Source: Macrostomum lignano (Eukaryota). Taken from it: a DNA stretch of 64,000 nucleotides. The stretch lies in the NCBI GenBank assembly GCA_002269645.1, contig NIVC01001788.1:38077-102076 (forward strand). The letters are read 5' to 3'. The stretch's first letter is position 1. Each line of letters starts with the position of its first letter. Shown here one piece after another: positions 40,998 to 51,192 of this stretch. A program made the translations under genes and the position numbers. The notes beneath the pieces were generated by a model, which saw only the letters and a program-made list of their open reading frames with translations, ran no database searches and was not told the origin of the DNA.

Positions 40998-41998
40998 GCG
41001 CCAGCACCAGGGGCTTTAGCACCAGGGGCTTTAGCACCAGGGGCTTTAGCACCAGGGGCTTTAGCAACAGGGGCTTTAGCAACAGGGGCACCAGCACTAG
41101 GGGCGCCAGCACCAGGGGCGCCAGCACCAGGGGCACCAGCACCAGGGGCGCCAGCACCAGGGGCGCCAGCACCAGGGGCGCCAGCACCAGGGGCGCCAGC
41201 ACCAGGGGCGCCAGCAACAGGGGCGCCAGCACCAGGGGCGCCAGCACCAGGGGCGCCAGCACCAGGGGCGCCAGCACCAGGGGCGCCAGCACCAGGGGCG
41301 CCAGCACCAGGGGCGCCAGCAACAGGGGCGCCAGCACCAGGGGCGCCAGCACCAGGGGCGCCAGCACCAGGGGCGCCAGCACCAGGGGCGCCAGCAACAG
41401 GGGCGCCAGCACCAGGGGCGCCAGCACCAGGGGCTTTAGCACCAGGGGCTTTAGCAACAGGGGCGCCAGCAACAGGGGCACCAGCACTAGGGGCGCCAGC
41501 ACCAGGGGCGCCAGCACCAGGGGCACCAGCACCAGGGGCGCCAGCACCAGGGGCGCCAGCACCAGGGGCGCCAGCACCAGGGGCGCCAGCACCAGGGGCG
41601 CCAGCACCAGGGGCGCCAGCACCAGGGGCGCCAGCACCAGGGGCGCCAGCACCAGGGGCGCCAGCACCAGGGGCGCCAGCACCAGGGGCGCCAGCACCAG
41701 GGGCGCCAGCACCAGGGGCGCCAGCACCAGGGGCGCCAGCACCAGGGGCGCCAGCACCAGGGGCGCCAGCACCAGGGGCGCCAGCACCAGGGGCGCCAGC
41801 ACCAGGGGCGCCAGCACCAGGGGCGCCAGCACCAGGGGCGCCAGCACCAGGGCGCCAGCACCAGGGGCGCCAGCACCAGGGGCGCCAGCACCAGGGGCGC
41901 CAGCACCAGGGGCGCCAGCACCAGGGGCGCCAGCACCAGGGGCGCCAGCACCAGGGGCGCCAGCACCAGGGGCGCCAGCACCAGGGGCGCCAGCAACA
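40998..41998. repeat. 15-bp minisatellite (ccagcaccaggggcg)
   Basis: About 66 units; source of the spurious GAPAP and VLAPL ORFs. Confidence 0.97.
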
Positions 41999-42499
41999 GG
42001 ACAAGCCCCTTAACAGTTTCTAACAAATATTCTTGAGACATAGCTGAGCAGTAGCACTGTAAAGTCACTTTTTATTGCATCACCCAGTTTTAATTTTTCT
42101 TTCAACATTAAATGATGAATAAAAATAAAATATTATTAATAATAATAAGCTAATAATTGACACATTAAATACAGTCTTTTATGCAGTTAATTGAGCTATA
42201 AAACTATTTATTACTATTCAATGATTTCTACCGTGTTAATGAGAAACGGACTCAAATTTGAAAAAAAAACATGGCTACTTTTTCTTGTTAACAAAATTGA
42301 AAATTGAAAATTAAATTTCCAAACTGTGACTCAAATATCTATTTATTAATAAACTAAACAAAATGCAGAATACTAGTACACTAGTACAAAAACCCGAGTT
42401 TAAAAATGCGCTTTTGAAGTAATAAAGCATTTACCAAATTAAATGTCTTCACATTTGGTCTTTGTCACTCCTGCATAACCTTTCATAATATGTCACTCC

Positions 42500-42970
42500 A
42501 TTGGTCCCTGTCACTCCAACCGCGTCAGTCTATCAGCGTCACTCCAAACGAGTGTCTGACACGGAGTGACTAGAGAGTGATTGGAGAGTGACGGACACGG
42601 AGTGACTGGTTAATGATATACACGAAGTGACTAGGAAGTGATTGAGGAGTTCCGGGCGGGACACGGGTGACTGGGGAGTGACCGACACAGAGTGACTGAC
42701 ACTGAGTGACTGGAGTGACGGACTTAGGTGACTGGGGTGTGAGCGACACGAAGTAACCAACACGGAGTGACAGACACGGTGTGAGAGAGTGACCGACACG
42801 GAGTGACAGGCACGGAGTGACGGACACGGGTGACTGGGGAGTGACCAACACGACGTGACTGGAGAGTGACGGACTTAGGTGACTAGGGTGTGAGCGACAC
42901 GAAGTAACCAACACGGAGTGACAGACACGGTGTGAGAGAGTGACCGACACGGAGTGACAGGCACGGAGTT
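42500..42970. repeat. Degenerate (gagtgac)-rich repeat with an internal duplication
   Basis: Repeated cacggagtgac motifs; the 42720-42830 block recurs at 42870-42970. Confidence 0.8.
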
Positions 42971-42985
42971 TTGCAACAGCATCAG

Positions 42986-43465
42986 TCAGCAGCAGAGTGC
43001 CAGCTCAGGCGGGTCGCGGTCGGGCTCAGGCCAGCCGCAGTCGCCGAGGTAAATAAGGCGCAGACAGACGTCAACCCGTCCGAACCGATCTCGCACCCGG
43101 CGCATTCTTTCAATGTCGCAGCTCAAAACGTCGGCATCGTCTTGAGGAGTCCAGACCGGCAGGCCCGTGGAGCGAAGGGCGCCGCCAGACGCCAGCACGA
43201 ACAGCGCCTCGGCTAGAACACCGTGACAGGCGTGCAATACAAAAACGGCGTGCTCCAAGTTGATGTCGAAGGTGAACATCAGGCTGAGCAGCGGGCCGCT
43301 GGCCGGGACAGCGCCGCCTGAGCCTGTCTCAGACCTGCGGCTGTGATTGAGATCATCCACCACTTGGAGAGCTGAATAAGAGTAGCTCTGGCTGTTGGTG
43401 CTGGCGATGCTGTTGTTGTTGTTGTTGACTTGGCAGAGTCGGCTGCGGCGGCTACCGGTTGAGGC
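42986..43465 (-). CDS. Rap1/TERF2IP C-terminal (RCT) domain-like coding exon
   Basis: LMFTFDINLEHAVFVLHACHGVLAEALFVLASG..TGLPVWTPQDDADVL..RVRDRFGRVDVCLRLIYL resembles the human RAP1 RCT as recalled (LMEKFNLDLSTVTQAFLKNSGELEAT..GYPIWSRQDDIDL..KKFGAQNVARRIEF). The frame is open back to acceptor cacacag at 43466 (phase 0). Confidence 0.65.
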   Translation of the reverse strand, partial: ASTGSRRSRLCQVNNNNNSIASTNSQSYSYSALQVVDDLNHSRRSETGSGGAVPASGPLLSLMFTFDINLEHAVFVLHACHGVLAEALFVLASGGALRSTGLPVWTPQDDADVLSCDIERMRRVRDRFGRVDVCLRLIYLGDCGWPEPDRDPPELALCC

Positions 43466-43499
43466 CTGTGTGGTGAAGGGTTCAGGATGAAAGGTGATG

Positions 43500-43850
43500 G
43501 CTTACAGGCTCTGCGATGAAAGCTTACAGACTCTGCGATGAAAGCTTACAGACTCTGCGATGATAGCTTACAGACTATGCGATGAAAGCTTACAGGCTCT
43601 GCGGTGATAGCTTACAGGCTCTGCGATGATAGCTTACAGGCTCTGCGATGAAAGCTTACAGGCTCTGTGATGATAGCTTACAGGCTCTGTGATGATAGCT
43701 TACAGGCTCTGCGATGATAGCTTACAGACTATGCGATGAAAGCTTACAGACTATGCGATGAAAGCTTACAGGCTCTGCGGTGATAGCTTACAGGCTCTGC
43801 GATGAAAGCTTACAGGCTCTGCGATGATAGCTTACAGGCTCTGCGATGAG
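43500..43850. repeat. 22-bp minisatellite (gcttacaggctctgcgatgaaa)
   Basis: About 16 tandem units. Confidence 0.93.
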
Positions 43851-44531
43851 CTGACTGACAGGATTTGCAGTGAAAGGATCAGGAGCTGACTGACAGGATC
43901 AGGAGCTGACAGGATAAGGAGTAAGGTTCAGGATGTGTTACTATGGAAACGCATTCTATTAAATCAATGCAACACTGTAGAACAGCTCCAGTGACAGACA
44001 GACAAACAGAGCTACTCAAATGAACTGAATTACTAGAGTGACAGGTACGTTGCCCATAGCAACACGTCCGTCGCCTGATAATGTGGGTAGAATTGACTGC
44101 GCACGCCATAGGCGAACCTAAATGAATATTGACTGAATCTTTTATGCGTTTGACTAAGAATGCATTAAATTAATTAACTTGACAATAGAATAACCAGATG
44201 AAATTAATAATTTCCGTGTTTGTATCATATATTTATGCAGAAAATATTTGCAATCCAAATCGAGTCTATTATATTAGGTGGGTATATTTAATGTTGGGTT
44301 GCACTAAACTTGTTTAAAGGCACATGAAAATAAAGTAACTACGAAATTTTCATGCTTTCTTAGAATGAAATTTAGACGAAAGTATTACTGTAATATTTCT
44401 TTTGGCAATTAAAACTTCTTGAACTTGTTGGATTGCATGGAATCAGACATAAAGAACCGAACAATGACAGCAAGAGATAAGTAAAATTTAACTAAGGATA
44501 ATTGGGCACATTTACAGAACAGATAGACAAG

Positions 44532-44565
<34 letters not shown>

Positions 44566-45581
44566 AAAGATGAACAGAGAAAGACAGACATACAGACAGG
44601 TCAACAGAATAATCTGATATCACTACTTGCACACCCGACAGTAATTCGAGAATAGGTACGGGAGAAAAAGAATTATCTAGCAAACAAGAACCCACCCACA
44701 CACACACCTAAGAGAAGCCAACAGGCATGTCACCTGTTTCCTAGTCCTCGCCTTCATGACAAACAGTTCTCGAATTGTATTACAATATTTGCACAGGACG
44801 CTTACAGAAAAGGCGCACAAACATTTACTACGAGTATATAGCAGATATATAGGTACAGGTAATTCAATACATTCAATATGAGTAATTCCTCTATTTTCTA
44901 ATATCCTCTATTAAGCATTGAGAACAAATTAAAATAAGTCACCGGTTAAAACTTAGGGGCATCACGTAGAGGAAAAAAACTATATATGGCACTCGCAATT
45001 AAAGTTGTGAAAACTCTACTCTGTTTTCAGTAGTTTGTCTGCGCAGCGGCACTTAAATTCAATGTGGGAGCTAAAATGTCCTTTCCTTACTCGGCCAGGG
45101 TTTGCGCCTCAGGAGCATATGGGGTTGAGAATGAATAACGAGCATTTAACTCGGTGTACACAAGTGACTATGAGGCCCAATCTGGCTCAGCCAATGAGAG
45201 AGCAGTAAGAAGAGAGGCAAAAGTTAGACGGACGAAACTTCAGCCTGGGGAGACAGACCCAATTTGGCTCAGCCAATGAGAGAGCAGTAAAGAGAGAGGT
45301 CAAAATTAGCTAACCGGTTATCGGCCTGACTGGGGGCTGGGTCACCACCAACTTTTCTCTCTTGCCCGCTGTGAACACGCACTAGATTTGGGTGCAGCTT
45401 CAACCAGGGTGAAGATGCTAATTTAGTGGGTCTGCTTGTAAAAAGCCAGAGACGATCGTTGCAGCTTAAAAAACTTTAATAATCCTGTAGGATTGAAAAC
45501 TTACTGAAGGAGTAGATAAATGCATTTTTGCGGGTGACATATCCAGTTATTGTTTTATCTGTGGGGTACACACTCATAAAA

Positions 45582-46034
45582 TCAAGTGGGCCGCAGACCG
45601 CCAGTAGCCCTGTGAACCCAGTCCAGGTATTTTGACAAGCCGCCAATCACTGGAACAGCCAGCACTTCCGGTACACTATACGGATGATTTGACGCAACAT
45701 AGTCAGCCAGTTCCGGCAACAGAGCTAACCGGGTTTTTACAATCATTAACGATTCCGGATCCTTGCGCACCTGACCTTCCCAGCCGTACACGGAGGTGAC
45801 GCTGGGCAGCACGTTAACGCAGGCGGCCAATTCTTTAGCCACTAGAGCGCTAGCTAAACTTTCGGCTTCGTCAGATGAGGGTGTTGTAATGTAAACAACT
45901 GAATAGTTGCCATGGTGACTGGAGACGGTGGCAAAACTATAGGTGGCGCGTCTGCCCACAATGAGGCAGAGCAGATACCAAAAGCCTACAAAGGCCAGAA
46001 ACGTTGGTAGCCAGCGGATTGCTTGTCTCGTCTC
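45582..46034 (-). CDS. CUTA: CutA homolog with an N-terminal hydrophobic segment; start codon not within this exon
   Basis: YSVVYITTPSSDEAESLASALVAKELAACVNVLPSVTSVYGWEGQV..ESLMIVKT..HPYSVPEVLAVPV..YLDWV. Acceptor tttttattacag ends at 46035 (phase 0). Confidence 0.93.
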   Translation of the reverse strand, partial: ETRQAIRWLPTFLAFVGFWYLLCLIVGRRATYSFATVSSHHGNYSVVYITTPSSDEAESLASALVAKELAACVNVLPSVTSVYGWEGQVRKDPESLMIVKTRLALLPELADYVASNHPYSVPEVLAVPVIGGLSKYLDWVHRATGGLRPT

Positions 46035-46639
46035 CTGTAATAAAAAATACCGAGAAAACGATTTGCACAACTTTTTTTTCAAAGTAGCAAGTATGAGCTT
46101 TTATATAGTCTATTTTTTACAGAAAAAAACACGAAGGAATTCGGCAATACACTACTTAATTTTCAACAGTAGATAGAAAAGGTTTTTGATACTGAAATTG
46201 ACAAAACTATTACAATTAAAATGTATTTACAAGCATAACTAATAATGGTGTAAATATTCCGTATATATTTGTTTAGTTAGAGATTAATTATGCACACAAT
46301 CAGCGATATACACAAGTCTGTAAATGTTAGGAGTTACAAAATGGCACAAATCTAAAATGAACTATAGTTATCATCAAAATGGCTAAACGAAGTTCTATGT
46401 GATTAGTAATTCTAGACACACACATTGAGCTGCAAGCGGCAATAATGACCATAAAATGCATGACTTTTTTGTTATCGTTTTAACGCAAATGAAGTGATGA
46501 GCCAATGAGAGAATATTCAAGGTAAATAGGAAAATGCCAAAGAATGGGTTAATAATTAATAGCCTATATTATAGAATACGCTAAACACAACAGAGTAGCA
46601 GATTGTGACGATAAAATTTCCTATTTTAAAAACCCTTAA

Positions 46640-47995
46640 GAATCTTATTTTCCATACGCATCTCAATCCAAATCTTAATCACCAGATCCCCATCTCAATC
46701 CCAATCCCAATCATCACCTCAATATTAATCCCAATCACCACCCTTATCCTGATCCCACCTCATTCTGATCCCCACTTCATTATGCTCTCCATCCCAATTC
46801 TGATCCCTATCTCAATCCTGATCCCCCATCTCAATCCTGATCCCCATCTCAATCCTGATCCCCATCTCAATCCTGATCCCCATCTCAATCCTGATCCCCA
46901 TCTCAATCTTGAATCCCATCTCAATCCTGATCCCCATCTCAATCTTGAATCCCATCTCAATCCTGATACCTATCTTAATCTTGATTCCCATCTCAATCCT
47001 GATACCTATCTTAATCTTGATTCCCATCTCAATCCTGATACCTATCTTAATCTTGATTCCCATCTCAATCCTGATACCTATCTTAATTTTGATTCCCATC
47101 TCAATCTTGAATCCCATCTCAATCCTGATACCTATCTTAATCTTGATTCCCATCTCAATCCTGATCCCTATCTTAATCTTGATTCCCATCTCAATCCTGA
47201 TACCTATCTTAATCTTGATTCCCATCTCAATCCTGATACCTATCTTAATTTTGATTCCCATCTCAATCCTGATCCCTATCTTAGTTTTGATTCCCATCTC
47301 AATCTTGAATCCCATCTCAATCCTGATCCCTATCTTAATTTTGATTCCCATCTCAATCTTGAATCCCATCTCAATCCTGATCCCTATCTTAATTTTGATT
47401 CCCATCTCAATCTTGAATCCCATCTCAATCCTGATCCCTATCTTAATTTTGATTCCCATCTCAATCTTGAATCCCATCTCAATCCTGATCCCTATCTTAA
47501 TTTTGATTCCCATCTCAATCTTGAATCCCATCTCAATCCTGATCCCTATCTTAATTTTGATTCACATCTCAATCTTGAATCCCATCTCAATCCTGATCCC
47601 TATCTTAATTTTGATTCCCATCTCAATCCTGATCCCTATCTTAATCTTGAATCCCATCTCAATCCTGATCCCTATCTTAGTTTTGATTCCCATCTCAATC
47701 TTGAATCCCATCTCAATCCTGATCCCTATCTTAATTTTGATTCCCATCTCAATCTTGAATCCCATCTCAATCCTGATCCCTATCTTAATTTTGATTCCCA
47801 TCTCAATCTTGAATCCCATCTCAATCCTGATCCCTATCTTAATTTTGATTCACATTCTAATTCTGATCTCCATTCCAATATTTATCCCCATCCCCAACCC
47901 TGATCCCCTTCGCAATCCCCATCCCAATCCTGTTCCCCATCCCAATCCTGTTCCCCATCCCAATCCTGATCCCCATCCCAAACCTGATCACACCC
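46640..47995. repeat. 18-bp minisatellite (cccatctcaatcctgatc) with higher-order repeats
   Basis: Tandem variants in 36/54-bp periods; source of the spurious HLNPD and ILIP ORFs. Confidence 0.95.
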
Positions 47996-48142
47996 CAAGA
48001 CTATGGGCTGATCCTAAAATCCTAATACGCTCGTACCAATCTTGAACCCCAATATACGAGAGTACTGATTCCTTTCAGGCCTTCCCAATCATGATCCTGA
48101 TCTCCATTCAAGCAGATCCTGTCATCAAGTCAGCTTCATCAC

Positions 48143-49645
48143 TCAGTGCGGCAGCAGGCGCAGCAGCCGCAGGCACTCCTTGGCCTGCTGGGCGCCGCTC
48201 CTGGCGCAGTCGGGCACGGAGACGCCGTCGTAGGACGCGCCAGCCAGTAGAATCGGCGCTCCAGCCCCGGCCAGTCCGTCTCGCCAATTGACCACCTGTC
48301 CGACGTGTCCGACCGGGTACTGCGGTATGCAGTTCGTTAGCAGGCGACAGTCGGCCGCGACAGGCCTGGAGGCCGAGGGGCCCAGACAGGCGGTCACGTG
48401 ATTAACAGCCAATCGGATGAGACTGTCCGAGCTCAGCCCGGCTATTCGATGGTACCAGGCGCCGCCGAGCATGCAGGTGAGCCTGGCCGATCCGGCCGGC
48501 TGCCTGTCCGGGAACAGGCACGAATCGTACACCACACCGAGCACAGCGGGCTCCCCGCCGGAGGCACCCGAAGGCACCAGATGACCGAAAGCGGGCTCCG
48601 GCACCGGGTTGCCATTGTAAAGCAGGCTGACAATGGCCAGACTGACCCAGGGCAGGCTGGACAGCTCCGGAGTCAGCCGGCCGAGCCGCTCCGGCCACAG
48701 TCTGGCGGCGGAGAAGGCAGGCACGCAGAGGATGACGCCATCGAAGCTGGCCTCGCCAGATACGTCCTTCGTGGTGCTCAGCCGGAGTCCGATTCGACCG
48801 TCGGCCAATCGGCGAAGGCTTTCAACGGCCGAGCCGAAACGGCAGCGAACGTTGGCGTCCTGACGGAGCTTGTCTAGGCACGCCTCGGCCAGGGATCCGA
48901 GGCCGCGTTTCAGCGACCAGACAGCGCACCGGTCGCCTAGCAACGGGTCCGGCGGCGATTTGGATGCGCCCGGAGCTAGCAAGCCCAGCAGGAGGCTGCC
49001 GCGGCGTCGTTCAGCTTCGGGCAGATGCGGGAAAGCGGCAGCGACGCCCAGGTCGGAGAGTCGGCCGGCAAACACGCCGCGGGTCAGCGGGTCGAGCAGA
49101 TAGTCGGTCAGGTCGGGCCCTAGCCGGGACCTGGCGAATTCGTCTAATGATTGGTCCGTGCCTTCGGCTAGAGGCTTAGGCGGCCATTGGCCAGCTAGCC
49201 ATTGGCTGGCCGTCCAGCCAATCAGAGAGCGCTGAAATGGCGGCTTAGATGATACCAAATTCTTAGCCAATAGCTGACCGACAGTTGTCAGCTGGTTGTC
49301 AATGGCAACCAGACGCCTAGCGGCTGCCGGATGGCTAGTAGTCAGGGTCACCAGTTCGTCCTTCAAGCCGGACTGCCTCACCAAGTCCAGCAAGTAGCTG
49401 CCAGACGGAGACGCCCCGCGTATAGTCCTGGGTCCCAGTTCGTACACGCAGCCGGCCGAGTCAGTGGCGGTGCGCACCCAACCGCCTGGCCGGTCGGACT
49501 TGTCCAACAGCCAGATCTCTAGCGGCTGACGGTTGGCGGCCGCTGCCAGCCGAGCCAGGGTGCTGGCGGCTGACAGGCCTGCAATGCCAGCGCCTACAAT
49601 TGCGATGCGAGCGGCTGGTCTGGCGGCGGCTGCTGTAAAAGGCAT
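48143..49645 (-). CDS. PPOX: Protoporphyrinogen oxidase (500 aa, intronless)
   Basis: GAGIAGL FAD motif, GGWVRT, YELGPRTIR, GVFAG, FGHLVP..LGVVYDS, CIPQYPVGH and LAGASYDGVSVPDC. Acceptor tttgcag lies 13 nt upstream of the ATG. Confidence 0.96.
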   Translation of the reverse strand: MPFTAAAARPAARIAIVGAGIAGLSAASTLARLAAAANRQPLEIWLLDKSDRPGGWVRTATDSAGCVYELGPRTIRGASPSGSYLLDLVRQSGLKDELVTLTTSHPAAARRLVAIDNQLTTVGQLLAKNLVSSKPPFQRSLIGWTASQWLAGQWPPKPLAEGTDQSLDEFARSRLGPDLTDYLLDPLTRGVFAGRLSDLGVAAAFPHLPEAERRRGSLLLGLLAPGASKSPPDPLLGDRCAVWSLKRGLGSLAEACLDKLRQDANVRCRFGSAVESLRRLADGRIGLRLSTTKDVSGEASFDGVILCVPAFSAARLWPERLGRLTPELSSLPWVSLAIVSLLYNGNPVPEPAFGHLVPSGASGGEPAVLGVVYDSCLFPDRQPAGSARLTCMLGGAWYHRIAGLSSDSLIRLAVNHVTACLGPSASRPVAADCRLLTNCIPQYPVGHVGQVVNWRDGLAGAGAPILLAGASYDGVSVPDCARSGAQQAKECLRLLRLLPH

Positions 49646-49774
49646 GGCTGGTTAGCCGCTGCAAATTTGGAAAGGGAAACTGGCCTTTTTCAAATTGCCG
49701 TGAAGTTCTTATTAGCTGTAACCTAGGATACGCCATTCACTACTGGCTTATGTGGCATGCGGATGCAGACTTTT

Positions 49775-49910
49775 TATACGGATCTATCTTTCTATCTGTC
49801 TGTCTGTCTATCTATCTATCTGTCTATCTGTCTATCTATCTGTCTATCTATCTGTCTATCTGTCTATCTGTCCGTCTATCTATCTGTCTATCTATCTATT
49901 TGTTATCTAT
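49775..49910. repeat. (TCTA/TCTG)n microsatellite
   Basis: Directly visible between HDDC2-like and PPOX. Confidence 0.95.
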
Positions 49911-50085
49911 CAATATTAATTAAATTGTGTCAACTAAAAATAAAAACCAAGAAAAAACTCGTGCAAACTAAAACGAACTTCCTGACTCATTCTAGTAGTG
50001 GTAGAGTGAATAGTCATCAGACAATAATAGCAAGCCATTCAAATTTAATGCAAACAGAAATTCGCTAGAAACTGAAAAGCTTTAA

Positions 50086-51192
50086 CTAGTGCAACACGTG
50101 TTCGCACACCTGCCGCAGGTAAGACAGACTAATCCGACTAGGCAGTCCGCTAGCCGCGGCAGCAGCTGATGCGCCAGCGCTGCGCGCAGTCAAAGCTACA
50201 TCTAACCAAACTAAATCGCTAAGCAACTGTCCGCTAGCCGAAGCGTCCTTAGCAACCGAATTGGCGGAGTCGAACGGACAGGCCAGGCTATCAGAATCGA
50301 GCAGATCCAGTTTGCTGAAGGCTACAGAGCCGTCATCATAGAAGTTAGCGGAGCCTACAGTGCGAACAAGTTCGGCTGCTCCGGTGTCTGCAAGCATCGG
50401 CAAACAATGCTTAGGCAGGGTCAGCGCTATCAGGCACACCATGTACTGATGACAGCCTAGCGGAACTGGTCCCGGTTGCCAACTGGCTGTGGACGGCAGC
50501 TGTAATGGCATTAATCTCATCTCTTTGTACCTGGAGAACAGAGTCAACTGTTCGAATGGAATCTCAGCACTGTCAGTCTCGCTAGACTTGGCGGATTCAA
50601 CAAAAACATTTGCCGAACGAATTCGACTGGACACACCGCTAATGCTGGTTTTTGACAGACAGGATCGGGTGAACTCGGACAGATTCGGACAGTTTGGCCG
50701 GGTCAATTGGTAATAAGCCGCCTGGCAGCACATGTCTAATCTATCTAATTCTTTAGCTAGACGGGCCTCTACTGTAGCCTGAGCATTGTACTCAGCGAAC
50801 AGGCTAATTAGCTTAGCCGATGACTCCCGGCTCAAATTGGCGGCCATGCTATTCAGTGCGGCCTGTTCGCGTCTGAGCTTCTCGTCCGGCGGCACACCGC
50901 AGTGTGGCGTCAGGTCGCCTACAACAGCTTCGGCCAGATCGTGTACAATGCAGAGCTCTACTAGGCGGTCCTGGTTGGCTCCGGAGCAGCCGGGCCAGGC
51001 TGGCAAGCGGACTGCAGCTTCAGCAGCCATGGACCACATGTGGCTGGCAACAGTTTCCACATTGTTCAGGCCTCGAAGCTGCCAGCCAGTACGCGTGGTA
51101 CGCTTGATATTATCGGCTATGATTAGAAATTTGGCATAGGCGGAGGCTGATGCCTCCTCATCTGTTGTTGAGGGCAGTTGCAGTGAGGTAGA
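50086..51192 (-). CDS. HDDC2: HD-domain 5'-deoxynucleotidase (HDDC2/YGK1-like) with a long C-terminal extension; start codon not within this exon
   Basis: IKRTTRTGW..ETVASHMWSM..LCIVHDLAEAVVGDLTP..EKLRREQAA..EARLAKELDRLDM. The ORF-track N-terminus is AT-rich intron-like sequence; acceptor ccttcag ends at 51193 (phase 0). Confidence 0.88.
   Translation of the reverse strand, partial: STSLQLPSTTDEEASASAYAKFLIIADNIKRTTRTGWQLRGLNNVETVASHMWSMAAEAAVRLPAWPGCSGANQDRLVELCIVHDLAEAVVGDLTPHCGVPPDEKLRREQAALNSMAANLSRESSAKLISLFAEYNAQATVEARLAKELDRLDMCCQAAYYQLTRPNCPNLSEFTRSCLSKTSISGVSSRIRSANVFVESAKSSETDSAEIPFEQLTLFSRYKEMRLMPLQLPSTASWQPGPVPLGCHQYMVCLIALTLPKHCLPMLADTGAAELVRTVGSANFYDDGSVAFSKLDLLDSDSLACPFDSANSVAKDASASGQLLSDLVWLDVALTARSAGASAAAAASGLPSRISLSYLRQVCEHVLH

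Noticed and set aside
48143-49645. Possible bacterial (hemY) horizontal transfer, suggested by the intronless GC-rich PPOX
   Set aside because: Motifs ELGPR, FGHLVP, LGVVYDS and LAGASY resemble eukaryotic PPOX, and neighbouring genes are equally intronless and GC-rich.
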